Notes: a model not told the origin generated them from the letters alone. DNA of 64,000 bases from Promethearchaeota archaeon (GCA_019058445.1 JAHPZA010000004.1:386184-450183); one strand, 5' to 3'. Positions 8,212 through 19,050 are shown, counted from the first letter of the stretch. Numbers and translations: made by a program.

Positions 8212-8910
8212 TTATTTAGTATTTAATATTCGAACTATATTTTCTCTATTTTCTGGATATAGATATATTTTATTAGCTTCTACTTCATCTAAGGAGATTA
8301 TATCATTATTTATTAGATTATTAATGCGATAATACACATATTCTCTTTTCTCATTTATAAGCTTGTAAATTTCAGACTTTTGGATTGGTTCTTGTTCAAT
8401 TAAAGTCTCAAGAATTTTTTTATTTATAGGATCGCTTATTAAGAAATAAATTATTCCTAAATCGTCCTCTATCTCAATTGGGAGAAAGATCGTATAATAT
8501 CCAACTTTAATTTTTTTAATGTAATTAAACCTAATTAACAATTCTAAATGCCAGATCAGTTGACCTGCGCTTCCAGTACCACCTTCCTTGGACAAAACTT
8601 CGTCTCTTATAATAGAAAAATGAGCACCTAAATTAGACTTAATATACTTATAAATCCTTTTTCTATGCGGATTTGAAATTACTGATTCTTTGGTAAATTT
8701 TGAACCCTCAACTAATATTCTTTTATTGAATAATAATTGAATTATGGAAATAAGTCCCCTTTTAGATAACTTTAAACGCTTTCTTGCTGCATTATAGAGT
8801 ATCTCTGTATTTAAAGGCTTATTTTGATTTATGATCTCTTGGGCAATTTTGATTACTCCTTGAACACTCGGATGATTTAATCCATTGGAACCTATCAATG
8901 ACAGCGCCAA
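8212..8910 (-). CDS. Winged-helix transcriptional regulator (tandem wHTH)
   Basis: NPHRKRIYKYIKSNLGAHFSII...LIWHLELL plus a second wHTH. Divergent from the large surface-protein gene. Confidence 0.75.
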   Translation of the reverse strand: MALSLIGSNGLNHPSVQGVIKIAQEIINQNKPLNTEILYNAARKRLKLSKRGLISIIQLLFNKRILVEGSKFTKESVISNPHRKRIYKYIKSNLGAHFSIIRDEVLSKEGGTGSAGQLIWHLELLIRFNYIKKIKVGYYTIFLPIEIEDDLGIIYFLISDPINKKILETLIEQEPIQKSEIYKLINEKREYVYYRINNLINNDIISLDEVEANKIYLYPENRENIVRILNTK

Positions 8911-9191
8911 AAGCGAACCCTCTCATTAAGTTCTATTTTTAAAAAGTCGATCTCGATATAATAAATTCATAAAAGGAAATATAAACTTTATTATCCATCA
9001 ATATGGATTTCCTTTTCGATTCCTTTCTTTCTCTGCGAGAGATATGATAATTTGAGATTTAATTTGCCAAAATCATAGTTTTGTAAAAAATCAGTCCTAG
9101 TGCATTTATATATTCAATATAAAAGGTGGTTCTTAAAAATCTAACAAAAATGTAACAATCTTACCTTTTTAAGCGTAAAAATAATCAAAAA

Positions 9192-12100
9192 ATGTTAAAA
9201 GGTGAAAATAAAACGAAATCTAAACAAAAAGTAAAACTAATTATATTCGTCTTAGGGCTGATGTTGGCTATTTCAGTTTTGAATATCAACAAAACTGCGG
9301 AACAATCTCAAACTGAGCCAGAATTTAAAGATATCACAAAGGAAGAGGATGATATAACCGATGAGAACCCTTCAAGTTCAGGGGTAGAATATGTTGGAAT
9401 CGATAAGACGATAACTAAGGGAAGCCAAGGAATTGGGATTGAAGATAACATAAAGTATGATGATAACAACATTGATGCCACCAACTTCAAGAGGATTACT
9501 AGAAAGGTTAAAACAGAGGCGTTCTCTCATGCATGGCCGTGGGACCTGTGGCCCTTAGCACACCCACAATTTTTTACAACAGACGATTTATATATAATTG
9601 ACGCTTTAGCCAATGATGATAATAAATATCTTGGTATGGATTGCCAGTATGCCTCTATAGGCCACGTATGGAGTTGGAATGTTTTAGGGTTTGGAACCCG
9701 GGTAGGAGCCCCATTTGTAAACAATCCTGAGAAATACCGGGGAGTAAATCAAGTGCAGATAAAATACGAGATGGTATATACTAAGAGGGAACCTAATATA
9801 ACCCCTAATGCTGATAATATTCAGATAAGATTCAGGGCTGGTAATGGTTTAACTTCTATATCTAGCCATGATCTCGGTGAAGGAATTATGTATCAGAATG
9901 GCATTTGGAGCGATTGGGTATTAGTCGATGATAATCCCATTCACGGAGAACGCTGGACTAGAACGATTACGATAGATGGGTCGCAACATTCCGAGATATT
10001 AGCTGCTATTTGGCAAGGTTCCTATATAGATTGTATGGAAGTTCAAGTTAAGAATCCTGAATATCCTACTGTTCTCAGATCTAGGATTCGCGTTGACTGG
10101 GTTGACATTTTCTATCATTATATGGAACAACAGGTCGATTTTCAGTATGAACTGGAAATTAAGGAGTGTGAAATACCTGATTTTCAACAATTCAAATCAA
10201 CTGCTACTTTTACTGTTGATCTAGAAGATAGTTCACCTAATGTAGATTTATATCTTTATGATGATAGCAATTCAAAATGGGATAAATTCGGAACAACTAG
10301 CTCGTGGGACTCAGAAGTAATCCATTTTACCGTTGAGAGGCATATAGAAAACTATTTCAGCAACGAGAATAAAACACGAATAAGATTCTATAGACCCAAA
10401 TTTTTTCGCTATACAACCTTAACGCGTTTATGGGTGGACACGATTGAGATTGACTTCACAACAGGGATAATGTTTGATATACATTCTCCAGAGAATAAAA
10501 CATACTACAAAGATTATTTTGATTCTCATATGGATGGATATTATCTTTCGACAAATGGATTTGAAAACGATGAACCAGGCACCGAACCCGAATGGTTTAA
10601 ACAGGTAGGTACAGCCGGCGGTACTGTAGAAGTTATTGAAGAATTGGACCAACATAAAAAAGTCTTAGAATTGAATGATACCTCCTCCTTGCTTCAAAAT
10701 GCTCACGTGAGCAAAGATTTTTCTACACCACAGACGAATGGTACAATAGAATATTGGATGCAATCAGATGATGTCTCCAAAGTGAATGGATTTTTGGTAG
10801 AAAATGGGGGAAATTCTCTTGTTCGTATAAGAACTTGGAATAATAATTTACAAGTAAGAAATGGAAGTGTTTGGCAAGATGTAGTGCCCCTTCAAAATAA
10901 TACTTGGTATCACATACGGGTCGATTTCGAGTGTACTTCGGGTTTATATTCGGGGCTGTCGCAATATAATTGGTGCATTTATGTTGATGGTGTAAAATAT
11001 GGTAATTACAAATTTATTAGTAATGAAGTTCAGGCTGACCGAATCTGGTGGTTTACTGATTACTTAAATTTTATGTCTGGTTATATCTATTACATTGACG
11101 CAATTGGGGTGTCTTGGGATTCTGATTATAATATTGGGGAAAATTTTAACGAGGGATTATTGCTCAGTTTTACCAATTATACCAATTTAGATTGGATGGG
11201 ATTTTCCTTGGACAATCAGGATAATAAAACGATTTTAGGAGATTTTACTATACCTATACCTGATATTGGAACACATACTATTCAATTCTTTGGAAACGAT
11301 TCATTTGGAATAATGTATCATTCTGAAAAAAGATACTTCGCAGTCAGTTCTGCCATACCTAACATTACCATTAAAACTCCTGAACCTATCATATATACAG
11401 AGCCAATGTTGGGCTATTATCTTGCGACTTATGGATTTGAAAACGATGTTTACTGGTCGGAACCGGAACAGTGGACTAGTCCGGCAGCTCTTTCCAGAGG
11501 TACTGTGATTCGGTCTCTAGGGAATCATGAAAAAGTAGTCGAAATTGATAATATTGATTGGAAATATTACTACATAATAAATTCTTTTGAAGGACAAGAA
11601 AATGGAACGATAGAATTTTGGTTGAGAATAACAGATTCCGGTGAGGTATATCAAATGGGATGTTTAGGTCCAAATGGTGGCCCTGGACCTACGTTTAAAA
11701 TCGTGAATAATAAATGGCGATATAGTCATTCGGGAGCAACGGGTACTTGGAGTGATATTAACAATCTACCAGCTCCATTAAACAATACTTGGATGCATAT
11801 TACATTAGAATTCGAATGCGGTAATGGTGGATATAAAGGTTTAGCCCCTGATACCTATAGGATTATCATGAATGAAAATTCTTCAGAAGATTTACCTTTT
11901 AGATATGAAACTGTTAATCTCACTACATTTTATGTCTCTACAGGAATAGATTTTTTTCATGATAACTACAGGGTATATATTGATGCAGTAGGCTATTCCT
12001 GGGATGTTCATTATGAGATCGGAGATAATAAGAATGAAGGATTGCTGCTAGATTTTACTCTCCCTATTGAATTAGACTGGATAGGATATTCATTAGATGG

Positions 12101-12986
12101 GCAACCAAATAGGACCATACTAGGGGATATCGTTATTCCATTCCTTGAAGATGGAAATCATTCAATTCAAATATTCGGAAGAAATCCTCATAATAAAATT
12201 ATTAAATCTCCTGTGAGACACTTCATAACAGATGCCAATGCACCTTCAGCGTCAATCTCATTCAATCCTTATAAGGGAGATAAAATTGTGAACCAAACCA
12301 CCTTATTTGCGATAAATGCAGATGATGATGCGGGTTCCGGAATTGATACAATCAAATATAAATTGAATAACACAGAATGGTTAGATTATAAGGACCCTTT
12401 TGATTTAAATTACTATGCTCCCGGACTTTATAATCTCTTATATTATGCCACCGATCTTGCGGGGCATGCTGGAGAAGTACAAAATATTACCATTGAATTG
12501 TTAAGGGTCTCAATAATAGACATCGATATTCTGGATCATATGTATTCCATCGAAGTGTTTAACATCACGCTTTTCCTATGCAATGAGTTCGGTAAGGGAA
12601 TCAATTCCGCTACAATACAGTCGTGGTGGGACGGTAATCAGGTGTCTCAAAGTGATATTACGAACCTCGGAGGAGGATTATACGTCCTATCGCTTACACC
12701 TATCACTGTGGCTCCGGGGGGAGATCGGATACTTTTAAACATGACAATCACTGCCGAAGACTGCTTTGCGAAATATTATAAGACCTATCTTGCGGTTGAT
12801 CCTGATAGCATTGATAAAGGCCCTCCGTTTTCGTCTTCAAAGGGGGACGATAAAGATGACAATGAGAAAAAGGGAGTAGATCCTACAATTCCTCTCATTA
12901 TCCTTGGAATCTCTATTGCTGGCTGTTGTATAGTGGTTATTGTTGCATGGAAAAAAGAGTTGCTAAAGAAATTCAATAGAAAATAA
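9192..12986 (+). CDS. Large cell-surface protein with duplicated LamG/ConA-like plus Ig-like modules and a C-terminal TM anchor
   Basis: N-terminal signal/TM; two ~300-aa repeats (GYYLxTxGFEND...NNTWxHI...IDAxGxSWD...NEGLLL...LDWxGxSLD); DDDAGSGI Ig-like unit; C-terminal TM with basic tail. Confidence 0.85.
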   Translation: MLKGENKTKSKQKVKLIIFVLGLMLAISVLNINKTAEQSQTEPEFKDITKEEDDITDENPSSSGVEYVGIDKTITKGSQGIGIEDNIKYDDNNIDATNFKRITRKVKTEAFSHAWPWDLWPLAHPQFFTTDDLYIIDALANDDNKYLGMDCQYASIGHVWSWNVLGFGTRVGAPFVNNPEKYRGVNQVQIKYEMVYTKREPNITPNADNIQIRFRAGNGLTSISSHDLGEGIMYQNGIWSDWVLVDDNPIHGERWTRTITIDGSQHSEILAAIWQGSYIDCMEVQVKNPEYPTVLRSRIRVDWVDIFYHYMEQQVDFQYELEIKECEIPDFQQFKSTATFTVDLEDSSPNVDLYLYDDSNSKWDKFGTTSSWDSEVIHFTVERHIENYFSNENKTRIRFYRPKFFRYTTLTRLWVDTIEIDFTTGIMFDIHSPENKTYYKDYFDSHMDGYYLSTNGFENDEPGTEPEWFKQVGTAGGTVEVIEELDQHKKVLELNDTSSLLQNAHVSKDFSTPQTNGTIEYWMQSDDVSKVNGFLVENGGNSLVRIRTWNNNLQVRNGSVWQDVVPLQNNTWYHIRVDFECTSGLYSGLSQYNWCIYVDGVKYGNYKFISNEVQADRIWWFTDYLNFMSGYIYYIDAIGVSWDSDYNIGENFNEGLLLSFTNYTNLDWMGFSLDNQDNKTILGDFTIPIPDIGTHTIQFFGNDSFGIMYHSEKRYFAVSSAIPNITIKTPEPIIYTEPMLGYYLATYGFENDVYWSEPEQWTSPAALSRGTVIRSLGNHEKVVEIDNIDWKYYYIINSFEGQENGTIEFWLRITDSGEVYQMGCLGPNGGPGPTFKIVNNKWRYSHSGATGTWSDINNLPAPLNNTWMHITLEFECGNGGYKGLAPDTYRIIMNENSSEDLPFRYETVNLTTFYVSTGIDFFHDNYRVYIDAVGYSWDVHYEIGDNKNEGLLLDFTLPIELDWIGYSLDGQPNRTILGDIVIPFLEDGNHSIQIFGRNPHNKIIKSPVRHFITDANAPSASISFNPYKGDKIVNQTTLFAINADDDAGSGIDTIKYKLNNTEWLDYKDPFDLNYYAPGLYNLLYYATDLAGHAGEVQNITIELLRVSIIDIDILDHMYSIEVFNITLFLCNEFGKGINSATIQSWWDGNQVSQSDITNLGGGLYVLSLTPITVAPGGDRILLNMTITAEDCFAKYYKTYLAVDPDSIDKGPPFSSSKGDDKDDNEKKGVDPTIPLIILGISIAGCCIVVIVAWKKELLKKFNRK

Positions 12987-13050
12987 TTAAATTTCAAATA
13001 AATTTTTTTTTTTATTACATTTTTATTCTAAAATTGAAAAAAAAAAGGAA

Positions 13051-13341
13051 TTAAATATTCCCAAATTCTATATCAAAATTATAGTATTTCCTTACTGGTT
13101 TTTTAACTTTCCAGATACATTTTAACCCTTTTTCGAATTGGACGAGATCTCCTTTTCCAAATTCAATTTTCTCTCCGGTTTCAGGATCGGATACTTCTAC
13201 TTCTCCTTCTAAGATATAGCAAGTTTCAGTATCTCCATATGACCAATCAAACTCACTTGTTTCTTTAGACCAAGTACCCCATGATTTAACCTTTAATTTA
13301 TTCAATTCCTCTTCTGAAGGGATTTTTTTTTTCATTTTCAT
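13051..13341 (-). CDS. Cupin domain protein (DUF861/EutQ-like)
   Basis: WSKE..F.W.Y...ETCYILEGEV...GKGDLVQF.KG..C.W.V..PVRKYY. Confidence 0.9.
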   Translation of the reverse strand: MKMKKKIPSEEELNKLKVKSWGTWSKETSEFDWSYGDTETCYILEGEVEVSDPETGEKIEFGKGDLVQFEKGLKCIWKVKKPVRKYYNFDIEFGNI

Positions 13342-13667
13342 ATTATTTCACTTCTATTTTACAAATTTTACCTATTTTCATTTGATTTTAAGATATTTTA
13401 TTATAAGATAACTCAAAATTTATAATTTTAAGTAAAATCGTAATTTTAATATGAATAAAAAGAAATTCTAATTTTTTTTTTGAAATTATGATTTTTCTCT
13501 TTCGTTTAAGATAATTTTTAATAAGGATATTATTATTAGTGAATTAAAAAATTTTTAAAAAAAAACACAAATATAAAAAATTTTATTTAGAATTAAGGTA
13601 AATAAAAACTATCCTTAATAAAGATTTATATAAATTTAATTGCATAAAAAAAGTTAAATCAGAATAA

Positions 13668-14201
13668 TTGGGTACTTCGATGACGAAAAAGTTCATACTA
13701 AAAATCCTTACTGCAGGGGAAGGAGGCGTGGGTAAAACTACATTGCTACATCGTTACGTTGAAGGTAAGTTCAGTGCAGATACTAAAATGACAATAGGAG
13801 TGGAATTCTTTTTAAAAGAAATTGATCTTGATGGAAAACAATGTACTCTCCAACTTTGGGACTTTGGTGGACAAGAACGATTTAGATTTTTATTAGAGAG
13901 TTATGTACTCGGAGCTAAAGGAGCTCTATTAATGTTTGATTTAACTCGGCCAATGACATTGGAAAATTTGCAACAATGGGTAACTATTTGTCGTAAAGGT
14001 GATCCAAACCTTCCTATCTTATTCTTGGGAACTAAACTGGATTTGGAAAATGACATAATGGTTGATGATGATTATGCTTTCACGTTCAAAGAACAGTTTG
14101 AGCTATTTGATTATATGAAAATTTCCTCAAAATCAGGACAAAATGTTTCAGAAGCATTTGAATTATTAACAAAAAAGATATTAGAGCGACAAACCTATTG
14201 A
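13668..14201 (+). CDS. Rab-like small GTPase (ATG at 13680 is an alternative start)
   Basis: G1 GEGGVGKT, G2 TIGVEF, G3 WDFGGQERF, G4 TKLD, G5 SSK. Confidence 0.92.
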   Translation: MGTSMTKKFILKILTAGEGGVGKTTLLHRYVEGKFSADTKMTIGVEFFLKEIDLDGKQCTLQLWDFGGQERFRFLLESYVLGAKGALLMFDLTRPMTLENLQQWVTICRKGDPNLPILFLGTKLDLENDIMVDDDYAFTFKEQFELFDYMKISSKSGQNVSEAFELLTKKILERQTY

Positions 14202-14647
14202 GTTTCCCAAAAAAAAAAGAGATTAATGTTGTAATATTCGATTCTAATTTTATTTTACTTCCTTACCAATTTAAAATTGACTATTTAAGTGATATTTATT
14301 TAAAATTAGAAGGAAGAACCAGGTTTTATGTATTTAAACAAAGTTTAGACGAGATTGAAGCAAAAATTAAAAGGGATCCTAAAACTAGAAAATTAAAGAG
14401 ACAGTTTAAGGGGAGTATGTCATATTTAGATAAAAACGAGAAGATTTATCCAATTTATTTTATTAATGAAGTTAAGGATGCAAATGAAACTACAGACGAT
14501 TTTCTATTAAAATGGTGTATTAGTTTTAAAAAAGAATTTAAAAAAGTTTTTTTAGCAACGAATGATGCAGCACTTCGTAGAAGAGCAAAAAAATCTAATG
14601 TAAATCTCATTTTTCTCAGACAAAAAAAATATTTAGTTATAGAATAA
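14198..14647 (+). CDS. PIN-domain ribonuclease (Fcf1/Utp24-like archaeal family)
   Basis: FDSNFI, LDEIE, TDD, LATND..LRRRAK..LRQKK. Its TTG start overlaps the GTPase TGA stop. Confidence 0.8.
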   Translation: MSFPKKKEINVVIFDSNFILLPYQFKIDYLSDIYLKLEGRTRFYVFKQSLDEIEAKIKRDPKTRKLKRQFKGSMSYLDKNEKIYPIYFINEVKDANETTDDFLLKWCISFKKEFKKVFLATNDAALRRRAKKSNVNLIFLRQKKYLVIE

Positions 14648-14999
14648 AGCTAAATCGGTTTGTATTGAACTTGGTCTTGATTAGCTTCAAATTGCTTAAC
14701 TAATTCTTATCCTTTTTGAATAAACTCATTTTAAGGTTAAAACTTAGATCTGGATAAGATTAAATAAAGCAAAAACCATAAATAAAAAATTTAAGATTAA
14801 TTTTTTAAGATACATAAAATTTACTTAATAAAATTATCTATTCAAAAAAGATAGGAATACTATCAGATTGTTCAAATTAAAGTTGTGGGTACTTATGGAT
14901 TTCTAAGTGGGATATTATTTACAAATATTACAAATTTTAACACAAGGTAATCGATTAATAAAAAATTAAATCAATAATAAAATTGAGGAGATCTTCCTA

Positions 15000-15518
15000 A
15001 TGAGTAAGCCAATCGTCTTAAAAGTGCTAACAGCAGGGGAAGGTGGGGTTGGTAAAACAACTTTACTTCATAGATATGTTGAGGGAAAATTCTCTTCTGA
15101 AACTAAGATGACAATTGGCGTAGAATTCTTTTTAAAAGAACTTAATATTGATGGTCAAAAAGTTATGCTGCAGCTTTGGGATTTTGGTGGACAAGAACGA
15201 TTCAGATTCTTACTTGAAAGTTATGTTATTGGAGCCCGTGGAGCATTACTTATGTTTGACTTGACTAGAACGATGACTTTAGAAAATATTGATCAATGGG
15301 TACAGATTGTACGCAAAGAAGACCCAGAATTACCTATTTTGTTTTTGGGATCAAAATCTGATTTGGAAGATGATCTATGCGTGAAAGATGATTACATCGA
15401 AGAGTTTAAACAACACTTTAACTTGTATGATTATTTACGCATTTCCTCAAAAACGGGTGAAAATGTAGAATATAGCTTCGAAAATTTAACTAGAGAAATA
15501 TTAAAGAAAATTTTATAG
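15000..15518 (+). CDS. Rab-like small GTPase, paralogue of 13668-14201
   Basis: G1 GEGGVGKT, G2 TIGVEF, G3 WDFGGQERF, G4 SKSD, G5 SSK. N-terminal half nearly identical to the upstream copy. Confidence 0.92.
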   Translation: MSKPIVLKVLTAGEGGVGKTTLLHRYVEGKFSSETKMTIGVEFFLKELNIDGQKVMLQLWDFGGQERFRFLLESYVIGARGALLMFDLTRTMTLENIDQWVQIVRKEDPELPILFLGSKSDLEDDLCVKDDYIEEFKQHFNLYDYLRISSKTGENVEYSFENLTREILKKIL

Positions 15519-15553
15519 CGTGAATTAGGAAAAAAATCAGTCTAGTTGGAAAA

Positions 15554-16741
15554 TTATAACCTGTTTAAAATTATTGTTTCTATATCCTTATCGTTTAAAT
15601 TAACAGGATTATTTTTTAAACCCGCTTTTTTCACTATTTTTTCAATGTGTTCAGAAGTTATTCCATACTTTCCTAATCGGTCTATCTTCAGTTCTTCAGT
15701 CCATTTTTCAAGGGTACTAATTAATATCGAACAATTTTCATCAATTTTTCCTTCGCCATTCAATTTATTACCAGATAATAACGCGCCAATATTAGCATGT
15801 TTTTTTAATCCCGCCTTTCCGGCAACACTTAGTTCTTTAAGCTTTTTAATATTCATCCTTGTTGCTTCGGCTAAAAGCGTACCGCATACTACTCCGTGAG
15901 GGATATCAAAAAAACCTCCAATGGGAGAAGCAAGTCCGTGAACGATTCCTAACCCCGCATTCGCAAGCGTAATCCCAGACATAAGAGAGCCATAAGCCAT
16001 CGCAGCTCGAACATTCACATCTGAAGCTCCGCCAAAGCATGCCGGAATCATGTTTTTGTTCATATATTCCATTCCACTATACGCTAACGCATCCGTCATA
16101 GGACTAGCCTTAGTTGACACATAAGCCTCAAGTAATTGGGTAAAGGCGTCCATTCCGCATGCCCCCGTTATTGAAGGAGGGCAAGAAATCATAAGCTCTG
16201 GATCTATTAATGCAATATTAGGAATTAAATTATCATGTCGAAGAGATTTTTTAAAACCTTCGGAACCTATATCTGAAATAACCGCATTTTTAGTGGCTTC
16301 ACTGCCAGTTCCTGACGTGGTTGGAATTGCAATATAAGGTATTTTTTTTCCGTCATGTATTTTTGTACCAACTCCCTCAAGATAATTTTTAATTGAATCT
16401 TCTTTAGGAATCATGGCAGATATCGCTTTACCTGCATCAGTAACGCTACCTCCACCAATTCCAATAATTAAATCAATATTTTTGTTCCGAAAATTTTCAG
16501 CAATCTGGTCTACGATCGGTGGGGAGGGTTCGCCTTTAACTGAAACTGAAGTATAGGTAATTGATTTGTTTTCCATTGAGGAGGAAATTTCCTTCCATTT
16601 GCCTGATCGTTCAAGAGAACTTCCACCGATCACAAATAAAACATTATTACCGAATTTTGGAACGATTTCATACAATTCATTCAGCTTCCCAGCACCAAAA
16701 ATTATATGCGGAATGCTTGCAAAATTAAAATTTTGAATCAT
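15554..16741 (-). CDS. Iron-containing alcohol dehydrogenase
   Basis: GGGS, PTTSGTGSEAT, DP, GMDAFTQ, GIVHGLA and HG motifs. Confidence 0.92.
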   Translation of the reverse strand: MIQNFNFASIPHIIFGAGKLNELYEIVPKFGNNVLFVIGGSSLERSGKWKEISSSMENKSITYTSVSVKGEPSPPIVDQIAENFRNKNIDLIIGIGGGSVTDAGKAISAMIPKEDSIKNYLEGVGTKIHDGKKIPYIAIPTTSGTGSEATKNAVISDIGSEGFKKSLRHDNLIPNIALIDPELMISCPPSITGACGMDAFTQLLEAYVSTKASPMTDALAYSGMEYMNKNMIPACFGGASDVNVRAAMAYGSLMSGITLANAGLGIVHGLASPIGGFFDIPHGVVCGTLLAEATRMNIKKLKELSVAGKAGLKKHANIGALLSGNKLNGEGKIDENCSILISTLEKWTEELKIDRLGKYGITSEHIEKIVKKAGLKNNPVNLNDKDIETIILNRL

Positions 16742-16929
16742 AATACCTACCTTATTGTTGTTATCAAAATTAATTAATTTTTTACATGGTTTTTAAAGTT
16801 CATCCTAAAATATATATTATATTTAATTGAAGTATGACAAAAATTAAGTGTTTTACAATAATATTTATAACTTAATTAAAATAATTTGTTTCATAATAAT
16901 TAAAACCAAGGTGAACTATCATTAAGAAA

Positions 16930-17259
16930 GTGAATGAAAAGGATTTTGAGTATAGGAATAAAGACTCTGGCGTTAAATACCTAATGCGCGGTCCGAGTAT
17001 TGATTGGGGCTTGATTTTACTTAAACCCGGGGAACATATGGGTGGCAAACCACATGGTCATAACGAAATTGATGAGACATTCTACTTTATGGAGGGAGAT
17101 GGGGTAATGATTATTGATGGTAAAGAATATGACGCACCTCAAGGAAGTGTGTTCTTATGTGAGCCAAAAGAAATGCATAACATTCGAAACAGTTCTGATA
17201 AGCCCATAAAAATTGTTTTTATTAAGGGAGAATATAAACCAGACGATAAAATAGAATAA
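16930..17259 (+). CDS. Cupin_2 domain protein
   Basis: HGH..IDETFY...G and P.EMH.IRN metal-binding motifs. Confidence 0.88.
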   Translation: MNEKDFEYRNKDSGVKYLMRGPSIDWGLILLKPGEHMGGKPHGHNEIDETFYFMEGDGVMIIDGKEYDAPQGSVFLCEPKEMHNIRNSSDKPIKIVFIKGEYKPDDKIE

Positions 17260-17297
17260 TAAAATATTTAACGAATTTTAAACTTGAGTAAATAATT

Positions 17298-17693
17298 ATG
17301 GCTAAAAAAAAGAAAAAACAGCAAAAAAGAGGGAAAAGAACTAAGGGATATCATGCTCCCGAAGAGATCGTTCCATCCAGAATTAAAATGCCAAACAAAA
17401 AAATGGGAGAATTGTTTGGTAGAGTTGTAGATATCCTTGGAAATGACCGGATGGAAGTATTTGCTGAAGATGGCAAACATTATATTGGTAGAATTAGAGG
17501 AAAGATCAAAAAGAGAGTATGGATAAGGAAAGGTGATCTTGTTGTTGTAAATCCCTGGGATTGGGCCACAGAAACAAAGGACGAACGTGGAAAATGTGAA
17601 ATCACGTGGAGATATATGAAAAGTGAAATTTCGTGGCTTTCACGTAATAATCGAGTCCCAGAGATTTTAGATATTAATAATATTCCTTTTTAA
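17298..17693 (+). CDS. eif1a: Translation initiation factor aIF-1A (eIF1A)
   Basis: LG..RMEV...DG...GRIRGKIKKRVWIRKGDLVVV.PW...I.WRY; basic N-terminal tail. Confidence 0.95.
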   Translation: MAKKKKKQQKRGKRTKGYHAPEEIVPSRIKMPNKKMGELFGRVVDILGNDRMEVFAEDGKHYIGRIRGKIKKRVWIRKGDLVVVNPWDWATETKDERGKCEITWRYMKSEISWLSRNNRVPEILDINNIPF

Positions 17694-17873
17694 TGAAATT
17701 AGTTTATTCACTCCATTTTAGGAGTGTCTTCATTTCGTATTTATTATGCAGTCTTTAACTATATAGTTTCCCTTATAAAAAGCAAAATTTTATAATTTAT
17801 GATTACCTTGTGTAATATATACTTATTTTTCCAAGAAATTTTAAATTAAACCCAAATTAAATGAGGAAAAATC

Positions 17874-18638
17874 ATGTCAAACCATGAAGAGAAAATTGAG
17901 GAATCCGACGGAAATAAGGTAGATATAGATGGCGCGGTCAGTGAAGGACTTATCGAAGAAATAGAAGACTTAACTACGCTTTTTGCGGTAAGAACAACCA
18001 TTAATCAAGAGAGTAATATTTTAAAACAAATTTTTTATAGATTCCGCATTTTAGACACTATTCCGGATATCAAAGCGATGCTTGTAAGCCCTTTACTTCC
18101 AGGATATATCTTTATTGAAGCTTCACAGAAGCGCGACGTACAGATTGCTATACAAGGGATACCTCATATTAAAGGCCGCATTGTTGGACAGATAAAATTA
18201 AAAGAGATAAAACATGTATTAGTACCCAGAAGTGTAACTGAATTCTTAGAAGAGGGAGATACAGTTGAAATTATTTCTGGTGTTTTTGAGGGCTCGCGCG
18301 CCCTTGTCATGAGGATGCCCCATGATACTTCAAGTAGTGAAGAAGTTGTGGTAAGATTACTACAAGAAGAAACACCCATTACCATTAAAATTCATGGAGA
18401 CTACTTAAAACTGGTTGAAAAGAAGAAAAGACTAGAAGAGGAACCTATACCTGAAATTAAAGTAAGGTCCCCTGAAGAAATCGTCACAGATTTAGATCAA
18501 ATGATTACTTTTGATGATGAGATGGAGCTAGAGGAAGAACTTACTGAAGATTATGGAAACGATACATTCGAAGAATATGATGAGGAAATCGAAGAGGATG
18601 AGGAAGAAGATGAATGGGCAAAATTTGACGGTTTTTAA
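17874..18638 (+). CDS. spt5: Transcription elongation factor Spt5 (NGN plus KOW) with acidic N- and C-terminal extensions
   Basis: FAVRTT.NQE, LPGYIFIEA, KOW motif EGDTVEIISGVFEG, PITIKIHGDYL; long Asp/Glu tail. Confidence 0.88.
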   Translation: MSNHEEKIEESDGNKVDIDGAVSEGLIEEIEDLTTLFAVRTTINQESNILKQIFYRFRILDTIPDIKAMLVSPLLPGYIFIEASQKRDVQIAIQGIPHIKGRIVGQIKLKEIKHVLVPRSVTEFLEEGDTVEIISGVFEGSRALVMRMPHDTSSSEEVVVRLLQEETPITIKIHGDYLKLVEKKKRLEEEPIPEIKVRSPEEIVTDLDQMITFDDEMELEEELTEDYGNDTFEEYDEEIEEDEEEDEWAKFDGF

Positions 18639-19050
18639 TCAAATTCCTCGAATTTATTTAATTTTTCTCTTATAAATCTTTTATCTCCTTTAGGAACTCT
18701 AGAACAATTAGATGCTCCGTGGTCTACAGGTTGGTCGTGATCAGTAATAAAGACTCATTCGTGAATAAATCCACGAGAATAGCAGCTCTATGGTCAATTC
18801 CATATTTTTCATGAAATTCTATTAGAAATTAACTATTTAATGAAAAAAGAAATAGAGTATTCCCGCTATATTGGGAGCAATCACATTTTACTACTCTAAT
18901 AGGATTTTTTTAACTTTATCCTCATTCGTATAAAATCCTATGATTTTTTTTCCTTGACTTCGAACTGATATATTTTAGAACAGATTTTTATATCAAAACT
19001 ATTATTAGACAAATATCAAATAGAAAAGTTTTGAAAAGGTTTATGAATTC

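Noticed and set aside
14650-14780. Short minus-strand remnant (EFIQKG*ELVKQFEANQDQVQYKPI*)
   Set aside because: Too short, and no parent gene in the window.
18670-18970. Protein-like minus-strand frames with internal stops
   Set aside because: Probably a gene remnant, but no identity can be assigned.
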